From Octopus sinensis (lineage: Eukaryota), in the NCBI RefSeq assembly GCF_006345805.1, contig NC_043007.1:43772001-43836000 (forward strand): a stretch of DNA of 64,000 nucleotides. The letters are read 5' to 3'. Positions 36,735-49,868 of this stretch are shown here, in pieces. A program made the position numbers and the translations under genes. The notes below the pieces were generated by a model that did not search any database, was not told the DNA's origin, and saw nothing but the letters and a program-made list of their open reading frames with translations. The stretch's first letter is position 1. Every line of letters starts with the position of its first letter.

Positions 36735-37205
36735 CAACGTTATTAGAGCGTCGGACAAAATGCATTGTGGTATATAGCTGCGGCTCTACGTTCTGAGTTC
36801 AAATTCCGCTGAGGTAGTCTTTGCCTTTAATTTTTTTTTTGGTGGGGGGGGGGGGGGGTCAATAAAATAAGCGTCATCCAGTATTAGTCCCCTTCCCCAA
36901 AATTTCAGGCCTTCTGCCTATAGTAGAAAGATTTATTGAAACGGCGAGCTGGCAGAATCGTTAGTAGGTCGGACAACTGCTTAGTGGTATTTCTTCTGAT
37001 TCATTACTTTTTGAGTTCAATTTCGCTGAGGTCGACGTTGCTTTTCATTCTTTCAGGATCGATAAAAAATAAGTACCAGCTGAGCACTTTGGGTGGATGA
37101 TATTAATTATTCACTTCCCCTAAAATTGCTGGCGTTGTACCAAAATACCAAACAATTGTTATTAATAAGGCAGTGAACAGCCAGAATCATTAGCACGTCG
37201 GATAA
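36735..37205 (+). mobile_element. Tandem SINE family A copies (about 36735-36925, 36940-37155, plus a head at about 37165)
   Basis: Repeated heads GGCGAGCTGGCAGAATC and GAGTTCAAATT B-boxes. Confidence 0.8.
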
Positions 37206-37294
37206 GATGCAATTGATGGAGATTTGACCAGTACTTTATGCTCCAAATTACTTAATTTGAGGACTATTCCTTTGTGGAACGGAAGAGATTGTGG

Positions 37295-37470
37295 GAAAGA
37301 AGGAGGAGGAGAAAAAGAGGGGGAACAAGAAGAAGAGGAAGAAGAAAGAGGCGAAGAAGATGATGATAACAAGGAGGTGGAAGACGACAACGGCGACGAT
37401 GATGATGACGACGACGACAACGATGATGACAACAAACACGATGACGAGATGATGATGATGATGATGGTAA
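37295..37470. repeat. Compound (GAA/GAC/GAT)n trinucleotide tract
   Basis: Direct reading; the acidic ORF has no further support. Confidence 0.85.
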
Positions 37471-37994
37471 TGATGGACTGCATTTCTCTGACCATCGAGG
37501 GAAACTCGATTTGGTCGCTGACACCGCTAGAAATAATAATTAACCCCACCTCAGATTACTCTGCAGTCTTGAAATAGAAAGTATTATTGAGTCTAGATGA
37601 ACTACGATAAAATTTTTAAAATATTTTTTAAAAATTGAAAACAAAAAGCAAACAATCAAACAAAAAAAAACAGACAGAATGGGTTAGTCTGGATTGCATA
37701 TGATTACAAATCTGTTTGATTAGAGTCTACTTGAAGCAAGGTCACAACAGCATTAGCAATAAAACCCTACCATTTTTCAATTAGCATTTATAAAGAAAGA
37801 AAAAAAAATATGTTCCACTGCTTTTCTTGCAAGGTTATCTTGAATATATACAACATTTTTCTCTCGATAGCATGTATATTTAGCGCGAATTTGTTTTGCC
37901 AGATAACGTAAGATAAGCTTTTTAAATGTGTTAAGAGAAGAACACAGAAATAGTTACTGAGGTTTAAGGCGTTTCTTCGTTTATGCTTTTCGTT

Positions 37995-38175
<181 letters not shown>

Positions 38176-38303
38176 CTCTCTCTCTCCCTCTCTTTCTTCT
38201 ATCAGATAAGCACAATGTGTCAATGTCGGCGAGATATATAATGAGAGAGAGAGAGTGTGAAAAAGAGAGAGCGAGAGAGAAAGGCAGATAGATAGGTAGA
38301 TGG

Positions 38304-38374
<71 letters not shown>

Positions 38375-38500
38375 CTATGTATGGCTTCCAGATATTCATC
38401 GCTTGAAAAATTTCAAATCAGATAAAGACAACCTGTTGATGTTAAGAACGGCAGTGAGCAACCGCCATGTAGATACTGCTGAGACAGTGAATGTAATTAG

Positions 38501-38561
<61 letters not shown>

Positions 38562-38589
38562 ACATGCGTGCGTGTGTACGAGCGCGCGT

Positions 38590-38621
<32 letters not shown>

Positions 38622-38694
38622 GATAGATAGATAGATAGATATACATATATACAAAGACATACGCGTATATATTATATATATATATATACATATA

Positions 38695-38880
38695 TATATT
38701 TTATTCTTTTATTATTTTACTTGTTTCAGGCATTAGTCTATAGCCATGCTGGGGCACCGCCTTGAACAATTTTTAGTAAAATGAATCGACCCCAGTACTC
38801 ATTTCTAAGCCTGGTACTTATTCTATCAGTTGTCAAGCGGTGGTGGGAGACAAGCACAGACATACACAAGCACGTAAATA
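38695..38880 (-). mobile_element. SINE family B 3' part with internal deletion
   Basis: Family B tail, running into a (CATA)n/(CA)n/(TA)n array to about 39075. Confidence 0.8.
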
Positions 38881-38947
38881 CATACATACATACATACATA
38901 CATACATACATACATACATACATACACACATACATACATACATACAT

Positions 38948-38981
<34 letters not shown>

Positions 38982-39002
38982 CACACACACACACACACAC
39001 AC

Positions 39003-39075
<73 letters not shown>

Positions 39076-39077
<2 letters not shown>

Positions 39078-39521
39078 TAGCAGTATAGCTCGGCGTTGCT
39101 CGGGTTTGTTTTTTAGTAGAGCTTGAAACGGCAGACTTTGATGTCACGTTAACAAAGTTTTGACATAGTTTCAATCTTTTTTGAAAAGTAAAACTTTTGC
39201 ATTATGTAGCTTGTTATTCTCTTTAAGTGAACATTTTTCTGGTTAAAACACACCGAAAAATGGCGACACAGCAGTCAAAAAATCGTATAAAGTAGGGATT
39301 TTCATAGAAAAAAGCACCTTTTTGATGTAAATAATTTTTGGTGTTAACATCGTCTGATTTGAATATTTTCTTCTACGGAATGAAGAGCAAGCCTTCTTCT
39401 ATCATACCCTCAATTTTGGTCAACTTGCGCCGCAGGGTCTCGCTGGAGACAGTGTTAGTTGAAGGCTACCAAACCTGCCACACACACACACACAGACAAC
39501 TTCAGCTTTATATGTATAGAT
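39076..39521 (+). mobile_element. Non-autonomous Helitron/Helentron-like (HINE/DINE-type) element
   Basis: Starts ACTAGCAG with subterminal imperfect hairpin CTCGGCGTTGCTCGGG, has (CA)n near the 3' end, and ends TTTATATGTATAGAT. Class assignment is from the terminal pattern only. Confidence 0.5.
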
Positions 39522-40511
39522 AAAACCTGGGACCGACCAAAACCTGAAAGATACTCGTCGTATGTATGTATGTATATGTGTGTGTATGTGTGTGTGTTTA
39601 AAGTGTATAGATATCCAAGGGTCTAGGTGTAAGAAGTTAGTAAGATTCGAGCAGTCCGTGGTAGATCTAAAAAACAACTTTCAGGAACAATAGTTTATTG
39701 GCGTAGAAGGTTGTAGGCTTTTCCCGTATCGAATTTCGAAAAGCTGAACTTTTTTTATAGTTTACGGTTAGCATCTAGGGTTGCTATGAATGCGAATAAA
39801 AATCCAAACTGAGGGAATGGAGCAGATAAAATCCAGGTTATATATATATATATTTCCTAGCGAACAGAACCTCAGATGTAATAATTACTCAACACGAGGG
39901 TTACTCCACTATCTGTGTGTGTGTGTATATACATACATTTGTAAACATGCACACGCGCGCGCATAGATAAATGCAATGCACGAACTTTCGACTCTAGAGT
40001 CATTCTTGTGACTCTCTGTCAATTGTGAAATGTAAAACATATATTGAGTTATGTTTCTTATATTTACTCTACCCAAACACACGCATACTCACATAAGGAA
40101 AAAAGGAGAGAAATAAAGGAGATGGAGAGGATCAGAACCTGGCTAGAAGACACAGTAAGGGACCTGGATTCCAAGTGTTAACAAAAGTTCTTGGTGACAG
40201 CAGAAATAATGAGGAGATGAATACGGTAGATCATCACCTTAGAAATGCAAGCTCTCTCATATGACAATGTCTTGATAACGTCGTTCCTTATATTTATTTA
40301 TCAACAGCAAATGACATTCAGTAATATTATCATCGTAGAGAATCCTGTTTAAGAGTAAAATGGTTTATGGAAGTAATCGTGTGAATATTCATTCCCAGCA
40401 TTTCGGCAGATCTGAACCTATGTTAATCGTTGTTATATTTCACCTTCGGAGAACACCTATTTCCTTCAGATGATGTGTGTTGATAACACTCTCTATTCAG
40501 TGATATAAGGT

Positions 40512-40562
40512 GGTTTTGAAACACCTGTGTTTCGACATCTTTGTGTCTCTTCAGTTCTAGGC
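40512..40562 (-). ncRNA. Hammerhead-like motif with an intact catalytic core
   Basis: Minus strand: GAA CUGAAGA GACA-caaaga-UGUC GAAA CAC-ag-GUG U UUC. Core and stems II and III are present; stem I register is short by one nucleotide. Confidence 0.45.
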
Positions 40563-40920
40563 ATGAGTAAAGGTTTAAAGAAGATATTAACTTTTACTAA
40601 GTTCCACTTAGGCCTGTTGTAGTTATTCTTCTTTCTACCAACAAGCTATAGTTCTACGTGTAGTGATTTTATTCAAAAAGTGCTGACAATGGTTATGCAG
40701 TAATGTCAACAACAGCAATAACAATAACAACAGCAGCGGCAGTATCTTTGATCTGTTAGAGCAGAAGGTACATAAGCAAGGGAATTATGAAACTATAATC
40801 TGTCAATGATGATTAATTAAATACGCCCTTTGGCTACTAATTAGTATTTAGCACCACTATTATAGGCCCGTGTGTGTCTTTAGGAGAGATTTTAAACATA
40901 GTTAGTATTCGTTTATTTTT

Positions 40921-41103
40921 CAGGCATTATCCTTCAGATAATCTTACAGACATTATCCTTCAGATAATCTTGCAGACATTATCCTAGGGGAAACCTTGCT
41001 GACATTGTCTTCCAGATGATAATCTTACAGGTATTGTCATTGTGATAATCTTATTGACATTGTTCATCTCATAATCTTTCAGACATTGTCCTTCAGATAA
41101 TCA
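40921..41103. repeat. 26-bp minisatellite, about 7 degenerate units
   Basis: Unit CAGACATTATCCTTCAGATAATCTTA. Confidence 0.8.
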
Positions 41104-41599
41104 GACTGAGTATCAGCCATATCAATAATCCCATCTATATGCGAGTCTCTGTAATTGCAAGGACATTGTTCTATTTTTATTGAGACTAGAGTATAAAAGA
41201 AATAAAAGATTAAATAGATCGATACGATCTCATTGTGTTAGTTTGATAGATTTGAAATACATGGTCTAAATGTCAGCTAGGCACACAAACATCATGTAGG
41301 TTTTGGTTGAAAAGCTACTCTAGAGTTAGTGCGAAGATTTTCGGATTGATAAAAAGTTATTTACTTTATATATAAAAATATTTTTCTAGATTCCATAGAT
41401 TCTGTCATAATTACTGTTTGTTAAGGAAACATTCGTTTGAACATGAGCACATTCTTATGTTGTTTTTTTTCTGCTTTCTTTTTTTTTACTTCTTGTGCTT
41501 GGAAGAAGGCGTAAAATCTTAGACCTTTGCTGACTTTCCGAGATGAGCGAAATTGCTGCTGTTGATGTTCCGTTTAAAATGTAAGTTAACACCTGAAAG

Positions 41600-42420
41600 A
41601 AAGTCTAAGGAGGATATTCTTAGTCTAGTCTAAGGACTAAGGAGGATGTTCCAGAGGAAAAAATATTGAATGTATAGTGTATAGTACGAGACAAGAGAAG
41701 GTAGACACAACAAGAGTGACAAGAAAAAGAGAAGCGTGTGGATAAGAGATGCACGACCGGTGGAAATATGAAAACCGCCATTATATTAGTAACAGAAAAG
41801 ATAGAGAGGAGACAGCACATCCGTGGTTCAGAATTTATTAGTGATTGAATGCCAACCAGTTGAGTAGACCCTCTGGATGTTATCCAGGATGTCTGTGTAT
41901 ACTAGCAGTACCATTCGAAATTCGGGTGAAGTACTCAACCGTGGGCCTCACATGAGACTTGTAAAGTTTCAGCAGCTGTTGGGGGATAAAATATAGCAAA
42001 AAAAGGAGTTAGTGTTCGGAATCCTATGCTAAGGATTTGCTTTCGCCATAGAGCTCCTAGGTGACAGTAAGACCCAGCATTTGGAGTGATTGTGAAGCCT
42101 CTAGTTGAGTGCTACTCGTGAGTACTGCTTGCTGTGAGCTTTTTACTGTTGAAAGAGAGAAACTTGACATGGACCATAGGAGGATGCTCTCGAGATCTGT
42201 GTTTATGAAGTCAATATATGTTCAGCCTGTGGTATCTAGTTTGAACGCGGTTAGTGCATGACAGGAATAAAGTTAGAGAACAATGAAAGGTCATGTCATC
42301 TGGATAAACGTCAGCGTTTTGGGATGAGGCGGCAAGTAGATCATTGGTATATAGAAGGAAGGTGGTTTTGGATAAAATCGAAGCCTTGTGAACACTAGAG
42401 TTCATTGAAATGAAGGACAA
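41600..42420 (-). mobile_element. Jockey/CR1-group LINE, RT C-terminal half (decayed)
   Basis: MNSSVHKASILSKTTFLLYTNDL..DVYPDDMTFH (cf. GVPQGSILSPTLFLLYINDL..YADD), INTDLESILLWS, and downstream LKLYKSHVRPTVEY-like codons. Confidence 0.75.
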
Positions 42421-42559
42421 TACATACATACAAACATACATACAAACATACATACATACATACATACATACATACATACATACATACATACATGCTTACA
42501 TACATTCATACATACATACGTAAGTACATACGCATGCATGTACGTACTATGTACGTATG

Positions 42560-42591
<32 letters not shown>

Positions 42592-42605
42592 CATGTATGT
42601 ATGTA
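42420..42605. repeat. (TACA)n/(TATG)n microsatellite, self-inverted
   Basis: Direct reading. Confidence 0.9.
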
Positions 42606-42875
42606 TCAAACTACATGAGAAGTATAGAAGTATTCTCTGCTATAGACGGCACCGTGGGAGGACTGTCCATTGAAACTTTAAATAACCGAATGTTGTATTT
42701 GTTGTATCTATAACCAATAAATGTTGTAAAAGATAGAAGTCACGTTTTATTGTTTGTTAGACTCTTTTCTTTTTCATGGCTTTATGGAAGAAAATGGCGT
42801 GGCTGAACTAAACATTGTTGAATAGAGAGAAGAAAAAGAGGTGGAATATGTAGAAAATAGACGGAGAAGCACACG

Positions 42876-42940
<65 letters not shown>

Positions 42941-43244
42941 GCATACGCGTGCGTGCACGCACAAATGTAGTTTTGATACCGAAAGATAATATTTATCCCC
43001 ACTTAAACGTGTATGTTCTGTTAGAAAAAACTATACTGCGGTAGATACCATGAGAGAACCTCTCATATTGGCTTTCTTGTTTATATCACTAGCAGGGAGA
43101 TGGATCCCTGCTACTTCCCGCTTCGAAATTACCAAAACACATGATTTCTACTTTCCTTTGTCTTGTCAATGATGGACGCTCGACTGCTAGAAATAGCAGC
43201 GACTCATCTCAACGCCAGCGATATATATAGATTAACAGTACTTA

Positions 43245-43395
43245 TTTCTTATTTCTTTATTGCCCACAAGGGGCTAAACATAGAGGGGACAAACAAGGAC
43301 AGACAAACGGATTAAGTCGATTACATCGACCCAAGTGCGTAGCTGGTACTTAATTTATCGACTCCGAAAGGATGAAAGACAAAGTCGACCTCAAG
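43245..43395 (-). mobile_element. SINE family A, 5'-truncated
   Basis: Near-identical to the 3' parts of the 6391-6802 units. Confidence 0.88.
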
Positions 43396-43721
43396 CGCAA
43401 GTGTCGCGATTAGCCACTGAGCTTGTTAAAGAATATGTGTCATGCATGTCATGAGCCCTTAATTACTTGATGGAACCGAAGGGCGCCGTCCTGATATACA
43501 GCGTGTCTTGGACAATTTTATAACCCAGCCCTCTCCAGATGTGACCATAGTCGATTTCTACCGAAAAGGAAGACAAAAACAGATACGAAAAAAAAGTGAA
43601 GGGTACGATCGCCAAAATGCAATCTACTCGAGGCCTTAACGACTCGGGTAGAGCCAACTGCTTATACACACGCACGCACGCACAAACACTCACACACACA
43701 CACACCACACACACATACACA

Positions 43722-43788
<67 letters not shown>

Positions 43789-43797
43789 CCCTGTATA

Positions 43798-44190
43798 TCT
43801 TTCATCTATTGCTTGTTTCAGCCATTAGACTACGGGCATTCTTACGCACCGCCATAAATGCTTTAGCTGAACAAATCGACGCCAGTAGTTTTTTTTCAAA
43901 GTCTGGTTCTTATTCTACGGGTTTTTTCGCCGAACCCCTACATTACGGGGACGTAAATAAAAGCTGGTCACCAAACAGTGGTGAGAGAAAATACAAACAC
44001 AATGACTCGAGCGCGCACACCCGCACGCATAAAAACACACACATACATATATTCGACGAGCTTCTACAATATCCGTCTGGAGAGTATTAGTCGACCTGGA
44101 TCTATACTTGAAGAAACTTGTCTAAGGTGCCGTGCAGTATGAACTGAACCCGAAACCAGGAGCTTCTTAATCCCACAGCCATACCTGCGT
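43798..44190 (-). mobile_element. SINE family B, diverged
   Basis: Reverse-complement match to head, core and tail. Confidence 0.75.
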
Positions 44191-44206
44191 CTATATATAG
44201 CCATGT

Positions 44207-44376
44207 CGTTACGTTCTGAGTTAAAATTCCGCCGAGGTCGACTTTGCCTTTCATCCTTTCGGGGTCGATAAATAAAGTACCAGTTTCGCACTGGAGTCGA
44301 TGTAATCGACTTAATCCCTTTGTCTGTCCTTGTTTGTCCCCTCTATGTTGATCCCCTTGTGGGTAGTAAAGAAATA
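44207..44376 (+). mobile_element. SINE family A, 5'-truncated, with 15-bp TSD
   Basis: TATATATAGCCATGT at 44192-44206 and 44377-44391. Confidence 0.92.
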
Positions 44377-44469
44377 TATATATAGCCATGTAACCACACA
44401 CATCAGTTATATAACCGCACACACACTTTTCTTGGAGTATTTTCTCCTTCTTTCCGCACCTTTCTGCTT

Positions 44470-44515
44470 TCCTCTTTCTGATGAAGACCTCGTTCGAAAC
44501 GTCATACACACTCTC
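44470..44515 (+). ncRNA. Minimal hammerhead-like motif, degenerate stems
   Basis: CUGAUGA A GACCUCGUUC GAAAC GUC: intact core, ACGU palindrome and GUC triplet; stem II imperfect, stem I about 1 bp. Confidence 0.35.
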
Positions 44516-44659
44516 TTCTTACGTTTTGTGAAATACGTATAAATTAGTTATGTCCAGCACACACACATACACACATAGACTCACAATAATGTAAACTCAA
44601 CACTGAGAATGCAATATAGCATTTGCTCTTGAAGATAGTTGCTCTATCTGTGCGTCACT

Positions 44660-44730
44660 ACAATCGTGCACGCACACACATACAAAGACACACATATGTA
44701 TACATGTGTATATGTATGTGTATGTATGTT

Positions 44731-44784
<54 letters not shown>

Positions 44785-44907
44785 ATATTTATATGTGTGT
44801 GTGTGTGTGTATGATGTCCTGTACCTATATATGCATGTATATATACATATATATGTAGGTATGTACATATATGTATGTATATATGCAATATTTATATATT
44901 ATTTATG

Positions 44908-44956
<49 letters not shown>

Positions 44957-44985
44957 TGTATGTATGTATATAATAAATATATAAG
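44660..44985. repeat. (TA)n/(TG)n compound microsatellite
   Basis: Direct reading. Confidence 0.9.
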
Positions 44986-45318
44986 TACACATAGAAGATG
45001 CTCAACATAAGTGGAAAAAACTATTTGTTGAGAATCGGGCATCTTAAGTGTTGAATGTGTAAGATTTTCTCTTTCTTTTTTCGTTATTAAGTGAAAGAAA
45101 AAAATACTACATTGAATTGAAACAGCGAGCGATAAAAGGATTCCCTCCATTATGAAACCTTTTCTTTGCAATTCAAATAGAATAAAGTGACCGCCGAATG
45201 CTATATTGCAACGCCGTTGGCACAATGCAAAATAATTAATTGCTAGCCTGCTGAACAACGTAGAGTCAGCTTGTAATGTAGAAATGCATACAGGTAAGAG
45301 TTATTTATGAAGATAGAA

Positions 45319-45641
45319 GATGCGTGGCTTAGTGGTTGAGGTATTCGGTTCTTGGCAAGGTCGTTAGGTCATGAGCTTGATCTCCGGCGGAGTGTTGTGT
45401 CCTTGAGCATGACAACTATTTCACGCTGCTCCAGTCCACTCAGCTGGCGAAAATGAGTAGTACCTGTATTTAAAAGGGTCAGTCTTGTCTTATTCTCTGT
45501 CACGCTCAATCTCTCTCAGAACTGCGTTAAAGGTACGCATGTCTGTGGAGTACTCAGCCACTTGCACGTTAATTTCACGAGCGGATTGTTCCGTTGATCG
45601 GATCAACTAGAACCTTCGTCGTCGTGACAGGCGGAGTGCCA
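45319..45641 (+). mobile_element. tRNA-derived SINE family C (different 3' domain from 31992)
   Basis: Head GCGTGGCTTAGTGGTT and shared core TTTCACGCTGCTCCAGTCCACTCAGCTGG. Confidence 0.8.
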
Positions 45642-45689
45642 GTTATGAAGCTAAATATATATAAGAACATACATATATAATTTGTTTGT

Positions 45690-45691
45690 GC

Positions 45692-45790
<99 letters not shown>
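45690..45790. repeat. (TCTA)n microsatellite
   Basis: Direct reading. Confidence 0.95.
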
Positions 45791-46324
45791 AGTCTGTCTG
45801 TGTATCAATCTATCTTTATCTGTGTGTCTGGCTGTCTGGCTCTCTCTCTCTCTGTCTGTCTATCAAGATATGTGTATGGTGGTATGGCGGTGGTGATGGT
45901 GGTGGTGGTGTGTGTGTGTGAGTGTGCGTGTGAGAGTGTGAGTGTATGAGTGTGTGTGTATCTTATGCTATAAGAATTATAAAGTGTATTAAATTATATT
46001 TTACTTGGTGTAATCACTGATAAAAAAATCAATACAGTGAAGAGTGAATAATAATATTTTTATTATATCAAAAGTTGACAAACAGTCTACTCCAATTTTT
46101 GCGCCAGATTGGGCTGTTCATGTCCAGACCGGGGTGCAACTTTTAGAGAGGACTGTCAATTTTTGATATCATATATGTCTCACTGTCTCTCTCTATCTCT
46201 TTCTCCCTCTCTTCCTTCCTCCTACGCTTTGTCCCTCCCTATCTCTCATCCACCATCCCTAGCTCACTATCTCTCATCCACCATCCCTAGCTCCCTCTCT
46301 CTCTGTCTCTGATCACTCTTGATT

Positions 46325-46600
46325 CTGAGGCTGCGTTTATGTCTTTAATGTTGTTGGTACCGCCAGATTGAATGGTGCTGCCCAAGTATCGAAAGCATAG
46401 TGATAGCCGTTTGGCAGCTGATCGTGGGAACGCATATTTGTTATGCTTATTTGTATATTTTTGAATTTTAGTCTCGTTATTCTCAGTTGTCCTTCATTGT
46501 AAAGTAAAGTGGAAAGTGTTTGTAGATCCATCGTTCGTGAAGATTACATTTATATTAGTTGCTTTTCTTCTTAGTCTTATCAAGCTTAGATAACGCTTAG
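46325..46600 (-). mobile_element. Degenerate LINE RT fragment (RTE-like)
   Basis: Joined frames: DLQTLSTLLYNE..LRI..K and FRYLGSTIQSGG..KDINA. Confidence 0.5.
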
Positions 46601-46872
46601 ATATTGGTGTCTAGTTTTGAGAAGGTTCTGTGACAGACACACACACACACACACAGACACAAACACAAACACATACACACATATAATAGATTGACAGATG
46701 CACAATAGCAGACGTAAGGTGTGTCTACATCTGAAAAGTTACGTATACAATTTTCATGAGGCAATCAAATCATTTCTTTACAGTTGTTTCAAATGGTCGA
46801 TAAGTAGTTGATTTAACTGCATATTGTGGTGACTACCAATTCCACGCATAAAATAGTATGTTATCACCCATT

Positions 46873-46911
<39 letters not shown>

Positions 46912-47079
46912 CACACACACACATTTATATACATACATACATACATACATACATACATACATACATACATACATACATGCATACATGGGTGTGTATGTGT
47001 GTGTGTTTATGGTTCAAATGTACAGAAAACAAGAGAAAGATAGGTGAGGGAATAACAAGTTGGTGTATTCGTTTGACGC

Positions 47080-47623
47080 CCTAGAAACGATGTTGTGCGT
47101 ATAGTGGGACTGGGAAGGGATTATCTATTACGAATTGCTTGAATGGAACCAAACGGTCAACGCGGAACTCTATGTTCAACAGATGGAACGACTCAACACG
47201 GCTATTCAAGAGCAAAGACCTAATCGTCAGCATGGAGTTCTTCTGCTGCACGGCAACACCCGCCCTCATATCGCCAAAATGACCAAGGAAGCCCTTCAAA
47301 CGCATGGCTGGGAAGTGTTGCCACACCCGCCGTACTCTCCTGATTTGACACCAACGGATTTCCACATCTTTCGATCTCTTTCAAATGCTATGCGCGGAGT
47401 TTCGTTCAATACTGATGCAGAATTGAGAGGTTGGTTGGATCAATTTTTCGAGTCGAAATCGGTTGATTTCTACCAACGAGGTATTGAAAATCTTGTTGAA
47501 CGTTGGGAAGAATTTGTAAACAAGAAGAGTGAATGCATTATTAATTAATTAGGTGTTATTTTTTATTAAACCTTTTAAAAATTTAAATTTTAAAAAACGG
47601 TGGGAACTTAGTTGCCTACACAA
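47080..47623 (+). mobile_element. Mariner 3' half with right TIR
   Basis: ORF 47135-47548: QTVNAELYVQQMERL, LLHGNTRPH (catalytic D to G), PHPPYSPDLTPTDFHIFRSL. Right end reverse complement TA|TTGTGTAGGCAACTAAGTTCCCACCG. Confidence 0.9.
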
Positions 47624-47629
47624 TATAGA

Positions 47630-48095
47630 TATAGATTTTTTGAATCAGCAATGTTGTGTTCGGTTAAGTCCTACTTGGGGTGAAAAATCAGCAAATTGAT
47701 TCCTTATGGGGTTTTTCATTCAATCAGGATCGATAAAGCGATTTCTTATAGGATTTCCCACTAAAATTGGCTACACTCCATTTTCAACCATAACTTTTAC
47801 CAGTTTTGACGTATTTTGTTCAAACTTGATGCCGGCGTTACTTAGAACTCATAGGATCTTTGAATGCTTTAAGTTCTCCAAAAATAAAAAAAAAAACAAT
47901 CGATGATGGAAAAATCGATAAAACGCTTCCTTATGGGATTTCCCAATCAAATTGTCTGCAACCCATTTTCAGCCAAACGTTTACCAATTTCAATGGATTT
48001 CACTCAAATTTGACGTCGGTTTAACTTAGTTAAGCACTTGATTAGCTTAATAATCCTAACTTAGTCCCGGGCGACGCCAAGACGAACTGCTACTA
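47630..48095 (-). mobile_element. Helitron-like non-autonomous element with internal tandem core of about 187 bp
   Basis: The reverse complement of the right end, AGTAGCAGTTCGTCTTGGCGTCGCCCGGG, resembles the 39076 terminus. 47730-47840 is repeated at 47917-48027. Confidence 0.5.
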
Positions 48096-48454
48096 TGTGT
48101 GTGTATGTGTGTGTGTGTGTGTATGTATGTACGTATGTGTGTGTATCTGTATATGTATATATATATATATACATACATATACTGTATACGTCATATATAT
48201 AATATATATTGTATAAGTTATATATACATATTATATCATACTCTGACACTGTATGGACTGATCCTCATTGACAGGCTCCTGATATTAAATAAAATCTTAA
48301 GCAGTTACGGTATGCAAGTTAATAGCCCCAGTTTTCTGTAGCTACTGGATTTGCAGGGTATATAAACAGATTGGCTGCTAGTTTTTCTAGGATTGGTAAA
48401 ATTGATGTAGACACCGCCGATGAGAACCCAATAAGGGTTTGAAATCGATTAACG

Positions 48455-48548
48455 CCTTGGCAGGTGTCTTCTACTATAACTTCAGGTCGACCAAAGCCTT
48501 GTGAGTGGACTTGGCAAGCGGAAACTGAAAGAAGCCTGTCGCATACAT

Positions 48549-48620
<72 letters not shown>

Positions 48621-48858
48621 TGTGTTTTGTATATCTATATGTGAGTTCTTTCTGTCTGTTTGTCCCACACCACCGCTTACAACCGGTGCTGCTGCTTTTG
48701 CATCCCCGTAACTTAGCGGTTAGGCAAAAGAAGCCGATAGAATTAGAACCAGGCTTAAAGAATAAGTACTGAGGTGGATTCATTCGACTAAAATGAATTT
48801 AAGCCAGTGCCCCAATATAGCCGCAGTGTCATGCCTGAAACAAGTAAAAGATAAAAGA
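48455..48858 (+). mobile_element. SINE family B, 5'-truncated
   Basis: Family B core and tail. Confidence 0.88.
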
Positions 48859-49761
48859 CATCCGTACTTAATCAAGCGATTTCCATAGGATTGCGGCCGT
48901 TTCACAAATTTATCTAGTATTAATTTCAGTTTACAAGGCATTACGCGTACGTGCTTGTATGTTCATCATTATACAATGCAATGGTATATTTGTGCATTCA
49001 CTTTTATCACGCTCCTTATCACACACTATCACGTTGACTCTGCTTCAAGATTGCGTTAACGGTACACGGGCGTTTGTGGAATACTCAGACACTTACACAC
49101 TTATTCAGTGAGATCTTAGTTCAATTGATTGAACAACTGCATGTTCACCTCTGAGAACGACGGAGATCCATAACAGTTATAAAAAAGAAAATGCTCATAC
49201 AGAACGTCTGACAGACACGAAGACACACGTGACGCGTTCATATGTGCCTCACCATCACAAGGGTCAAGGAAGAGACAGAAAATAGGTCATACGCACGTAA
49301 ACACACACACACAAACACACACACACACACACACGCACACACACACACACACACGTGCAAACCTTCGCTTATGCATGCTAATATTTATTCAAGCACAAAC
49401 TAACACACACTAACATACACTCAACACACATACACACTTACATGCGTGCGCTCACAAATACACGCCGTGTGCGCGCACACACACACTCACACTCACACAC
49501 AAACGTGCGTACACACACACTCAGACAGACACTCACTGAAACGCATATACACACCACTTAAACGCACACTCAGATACACATACACATACTCCTACACGCA
49601 TATGACACACATAAAACAAACACGCTATTTGGTCCCAATAGTATTTACTTCTGTGGCCAATATTGACAAGACTATATTCTTCCATATAAATGTCACATTT
49701 TCCCATTTCAGCCACTACGACCACAGTAACAACTTGGAAATGCATACAAGCAGATTATACC

Positions 49762-49787
49762 ACCACCATCATCATCATCACCATCAC

Positions 49788-49840
<53 letters not shown>

Positions 49841-49868
49841 ACAGCAACAACAACAACAACAACAACAG
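49762..49868. repeat. (CAT)n(CAA)n trinucleotide repeat
   Basis: Direct reading; source of the poly-H/poly-Q ORF. Confidence 0.92.

Noticed and set aside
37224-37577. Acidic E/D-rich ORF
   Set aside because: Compound trinucleotide microsatellite; low-complexity ORFs occur in several frames on both strands.
39980-40010. GACTCTAGAGTC palindrome followed by GAAA on the minus strand
   Set aside because: No CUGANGA upstream, so not a hammerhead.
40921-41103. CRISPR-like array
   Set aside because: Contiguous tandem units without unique spacers, eukaryotic context, no cas genes.
43090-43113. 9-bp perfect hairpin TAGCAGGGA-GATGGA-TCCCTGCTA
   Set aside because: Isolated, next to SINE-tail sequence, with no ribozyme core or matching element end; likely repeat-derived or chance.
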